Virus record (IMG/VR): IMGVR_UViG_3300020045_001394
Coordinates: 4,415-68,414 of that record
DNA length: 64,000 nucleotides
From: a virus
Reading direction: 5' to 3' (one strand)
The notes under the pieces are model-generated. The model saw only the letters and a program-made list of their open reading frames with translations. It made no database searches and was not told the origin of the DNA. Of this stretch, positions 61,153 to 64,000 are shown piece by piece. A program made the translations under genes and the position numbers. Each line of letters opens with the position of its first letter. The first letter of the stretch is position 1.

Positions 61153-61261
61153 GACCTAAAATAATCTCAATTCTCATGAAAATATCTGTTGACAGGGAAT
61201 ACATGTGCTGTAGAATTGGTCACAAGAAAGCAAATAACCCCCTCCTAAAAGGAAGAATGAA

Positions 61262-61405
61262 ATGAAAAGCCCTGAATTCTACGAAGGTTTCCACTCTTTC
61301 AAAGCACGCCTTACTGTTGAGGCTTGCCCTTATCGTTTTAACCCTTCTGCTGCAAAGGAATGGAAGCGTGGTTTTGCTAAGGCTCAGTCCGAAGTTAAGC
61401 CATAA
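61262..61405 (+). CDS. 47-aa Rmf/CrpP-fold-like protein (not in the ORF track)
   Basis: MKSPEFYEGFHSFKARLTVEACPYRFNPSAAKEWKRGFAKAQSEVKP, with G...CPY...W..G pattern; own promoter at 61189. Confidence 0.7.
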   Translation: MKSPEFYEGFHSFKARLTVEACPYRFNPSAAKEWKRGFAKAQSEVKP

Positions 61406-61594
61406 GCAGTAGGGTAGCCTATACAAAAGATTATCGCGTCTTTTAGGGGCTAAAAAGCATTAGAAATAGCCTATTTCTCTTTGAAATAATTGGTAGTTTG
61501 AGAGAATAATGCTTGCATGCTATTCCAGTTGCTATATACTTGGTCTCAAGAGGGAAGGAAAGAGTCCTACCCAAGATGAAAGAGATATCCCACC

Positions 61595-61735
61595 ATGTAC
61601 AATGTAATCAACCGAAACACTGGTGCTGTTGTAAGCAAGAATCTCAAATCTAAAGATGCTGCTCGTAAAGCTCGTGATCGTCACGACAGCAAATATGGGA
61701 CATATGTCCACAGCATCCAAGCTGTTACCCTCTAA
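61595..61735 (+). CDS. 46-aa hypothetical protein (not in the ORF track)
   Basis: MYNVINRNTGAVVSKNLKSKDAARKARDRHDSKYGTYVHSIQAVTL; downstream of the promoter at 61513. Confidence 0.65.
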   Translation: MYNVINRNTGAVVSKNLKSKDAARKARDRHDSKYGTYVHSIQAVTL

Positions 61736-62235
61736 GGGAATCACTACCATGCAAGCAACCCCTGTCAGAATGAGTACGATTGAACAACGAATATCTTCTA
61801 ACGAAGATGCTCTGATCTCTTGGGAAAGTAGCTTGGCTAAATAAGGCTGCTCATAAGGGTGTACGCTTCGCCTACATGAGTGATGAACAATAAGAGGTTG
61901 AACTATTGGAAATTGAGCGTAGGAGGGAGGAACAAGGTATTTGGAAAGCTGGACAACGTTAGGGGGAAGTGTTATAAAGAATAGCCCAACAATTTGTTGG
62001 GCTTTAGACGTTTGGAGGAATAATGTGACAGAAGAAGGGAACGCATACAACCCGCTATGTAAATGTAAGGACTGTACAGGGGAGGGTCTGGGACGGATAA
62101 CTCACACCAGTCCGGAACAATCAAAGAAAAGACTCGATAAAGCTTGTAAGGAAAGGGAATTGTACCTTCTAGAGATGAATCTACTAGACCCTTGCCAGCG
62201 CATATACTTAGGAATTAAACCATAAAGGAGGGGAA

Positions 62236-62946
62236 ATGGAAGACACAGAAGTCCAAGTGGACTATAAAGAGATAACCGAACTGCAAAATAAACTAGATGA
62301 GAAGCTTAATATTCTTGCTACATCTGGGGAGAAAGGAAGGGCCTTTGCTATTGCCAACAGCTTTTCTAAGAAACTAGCGAAGAACCTATCTGCTAAGAGT
62401 ACAAGGGAGAAGTTAGGGCACACTTTTGGAATGACCGCCTGTACGTTACAAATTCAGTATGCACTAAAGCCTATTGATACAATCAAGATGACAGCAGAAC
62501 ATCTTGGCTATGACTTCGATAAAATAAAGGAGGGCGGTATGCACCATGACAAGTATTACCTAACTCATAGGTGGGTGTCGGGTAATCCTGAGTTCTTTAA
62601 TACAGAAGACAATCCATTACTGTCTAAAGTGGACCTTAGAGGGGCTGTTAGAGATGCCACAACCATTAGTAGCGGTATTGGTCAAATGCACAGTTATCAG
62701 GTGTTGGATGAACAAGTAAAGGCAATCCTCAAGGAAAACAAAGAAACCAAGAAAGAGTTGTCTGAAATAAAAGCTAAGCAATTGATCCAAGAAGTGGATC
62801 TAAAACATATCCAGGATGTTAGTGGTTGGGTGGGTGATCCTAAAGAGAAGGCTAGGAACCTGCGCATAGCAGGGTATAAATACCACGAAATTGCTAAGGC
62901 AATGAGTAAGGCTGAGAGCACTATCCGTAGATGGTTGTCAGAATGA
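62236..62946 (+). CDS. Hypothetical protein with coiled coil and C-terminal HTH
   Basis: AAGGAGG RBS; LRIAGYKYHEIAKAMSKAESTIRRWL HTH. Confidence 0.8.
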   Translation: MEDTEVQVDYKEITELQNKLDEKLNILATSGEKGRAFAIANSFSKKLAKNLSAKSTREKLGHTFGMTACTLQIQYALKPIDTIKMTAEHLGYDFDKIKEGGMHHDKYYLTHRWVSGNPEFFNTEDNPLLSKVDLRGAVRDATTISSGIGQMHSYQVLDEQVKAILKENKETKKELSEIKAKQLIQEVDLKHIQDVSGWVGDPKEKARNLRIAGYKYHEIAKAMSKAESTIRRWLSE

Positions 62947-63077
62947 GCGCTTTTTGAGCGGTTCAAAAGGTGTTTTCCGCATGTAAAACATATATATGCG
63001 GAAAGTAGGAATGATACTAAAATGATACTTTTAAGGTGTTTTGTGCCTAATATAACATCTATAGACATAATTATATT

Positions 63078-63103
63078 GCCCTCTTGACTGAGGGCTTTCT
63101 TTT
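63078..63103 (+). terminator. Rho-independent terminator
   Basis: GCCCTC-TTGACT-GAGGGC-TTTCTTTT. Confidence 0.8.
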
Positions 63104-63126
63104 GTATGTACATTTTTGACTGAGTG

Positions 63127-63940
63127 CAATCATGACTGATTGGCCTTATCAGAATGATAGAAGAATGTGTATACTCAATGCGAACCGCATTGGACAGTGT
63201 AAGCTCATTGCAAGGCAATGGGGAATGTACGCCTTTGATCCTCGCTCTTGCCTTTCGGCAATATCCCTACCACCTACGACCTCACGGTCGTGCCTCTAAT
63301 AATAAAAAGAATCTAGACACAAATCCAAGCTGTTGCTTGTGATCTTGATCTTATCTCATGTGTCCCACATGGAACATTCTTGTATCCACTGCATAGCAGT
63401 GAAAGCATTAGCCATATCACATGCCTTGCATGTATCAGCACCATTCATTGGCAGCGCCAATAGCTTACACTCTCCTGTGCTGTAGCACAGAATATAGGGC
63501 TACTCCTCTCTACATATAACCATATCTCTGTAATAGTGAAAGCCTTATAAGATAAGGGATAGCCACAGTTTCACTGTGAATATATCCTCCCCTTTGTGGA
63601 CACAAAGAATACTATTATTTAGTGTACAAACTATTATTGTATTAATGATTAATATCGTGGTATTTAGGCTCTCTATCCACTGCCATGCAGTGAGTATTGT
63701 TATCTATCTCCGGGATATCCTCTCTGTAAGGCTTACTTACCTTTGGTATATAGGCTTATACCTCTAGTATGTTACCTTATCCTATTAGTATGTTAAGCAC
63801 ACTTCTCTATCTAAATCAACTCATTCTTGCATCGCAAGGTACATATCTCACCCATAATTAATAAATCCTGTCCAATTATATTATTCTATCGATACATCGA
63901 TAGCTATTAACACAATTCATTATCAATTCTCAGATGAGAA
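63127..63940. repeat. Palindrome/hairpin array B (non-coding)
   Basis: At least 17 short inverted repeats, mostly 5-7 bp arms with 3-4 nt spacers, starting at 63127, 63176, 63206, 63248, 63276, 63326, 63357, 63387, 63419, 63447, 63475, 63543, 63564, 63592, 63678, 63826 and 63886. Confidence 0.9.
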
Positions 63941-64000
63941 GCTTAATATTCTTGCTACATCTGGGGAGAAAGGAAGGGCCTTTGCTATTGCCAACAGCTT
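63932..64000 (+). repeat. Exact direct repeat of 62295-62363 (offset 1637 bp; runs off the window end)
   Basis: 69 identical nt, AGATGAGAAGCTTAATATTC...GCCAACAGCTT. Confidence 0.95.

Larger units (their letters stand above)
57328..61540 (+). promoter_or_regulatory. Series of strong sigma70-type promoters (-35 at 57328, 57972, 58287, 60460, 60603, 60795, 61189, 61513), most with an upstream A-tract
   Basis: TTGAC(A/T/G) or TTGCAT, 16-17 nt, then TAGAAT/TAAGAT/TATGCT/CATAAT/TATACT; AAAATA element a few nt upstream of several -35 boxes. Confidence 0.8.

Noticed and set aside
61748-61960. Possible decayed gene
   Set aside because: Coding-like fragments lie in two frames with several stops; cannot be supported without homologues.
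63127-63940. CRISPR array
   Set aside because: No constant direct repeat with unique spacers; the palindromes differ from one another, and no cas genes were seen.
60413-64000. tRNA genes in the intergenic and non-coding stretches
   Set aside because: No cloverleaf with a T-loop GTTCRA plus acceptor stem found by eye; GGTTCA at about 60503 and 62960 lacks the rest of the fold. A tRNA scan would be decisive.

Overview
This is a 64-kb slice of an AT-rich, apparently virulent siphovirus; no integrase or repressor module is visible. The host is probably a Gammaproteobacterium, possibly Pseudomonas (inference from tail-tip, spanin and SAR-endolysin types). 1-25.2 kb (+): 3' end of the large terminase split by a group I intron (607-1291) carrying an EndoVII-type homing endonuclease, then portal, S49 protease/scaffold, decoration protein, lambda-E-type capsid, lambda-like tail (with -1 frameshift chaperone), tail fibre and lysis cassette. 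25.3-32.1 kb (-): small hypothetical genes driven by repeated terminator-promoter cassettes, plus an orphan second fibre gene. 32.7-57.3 kb (+): T7-like primase/helicase, family A polymerase, SSB-like protein, exonucleases, MTase, Pth2-like protein and nucleotide-metabolism genes (HAD nucleotidase, DUF5664-like, MazG, ThyX, RNR). 57.3-62.9 kb: many sigma70 promoters and small early-type genes. The least explained feature is a pair of non-coding regions (~32.2-32.65 kb and ~62.95-63.94 kb). Both are packed with sequence-diverse short palindromes of similar geometry (mostly 5-7 bp arms, 3-4 nt spacer), share a perfect 33-bp element in inverted orientation ~31 kb apart, and abut a gene for an HTH protein. 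The last 69 nt exactly repeat 62295-62363, which could be an untrimmed 1637-bp terminal repeat or a duplication. All assignments come from motif recognition by eye; no database searches were run.
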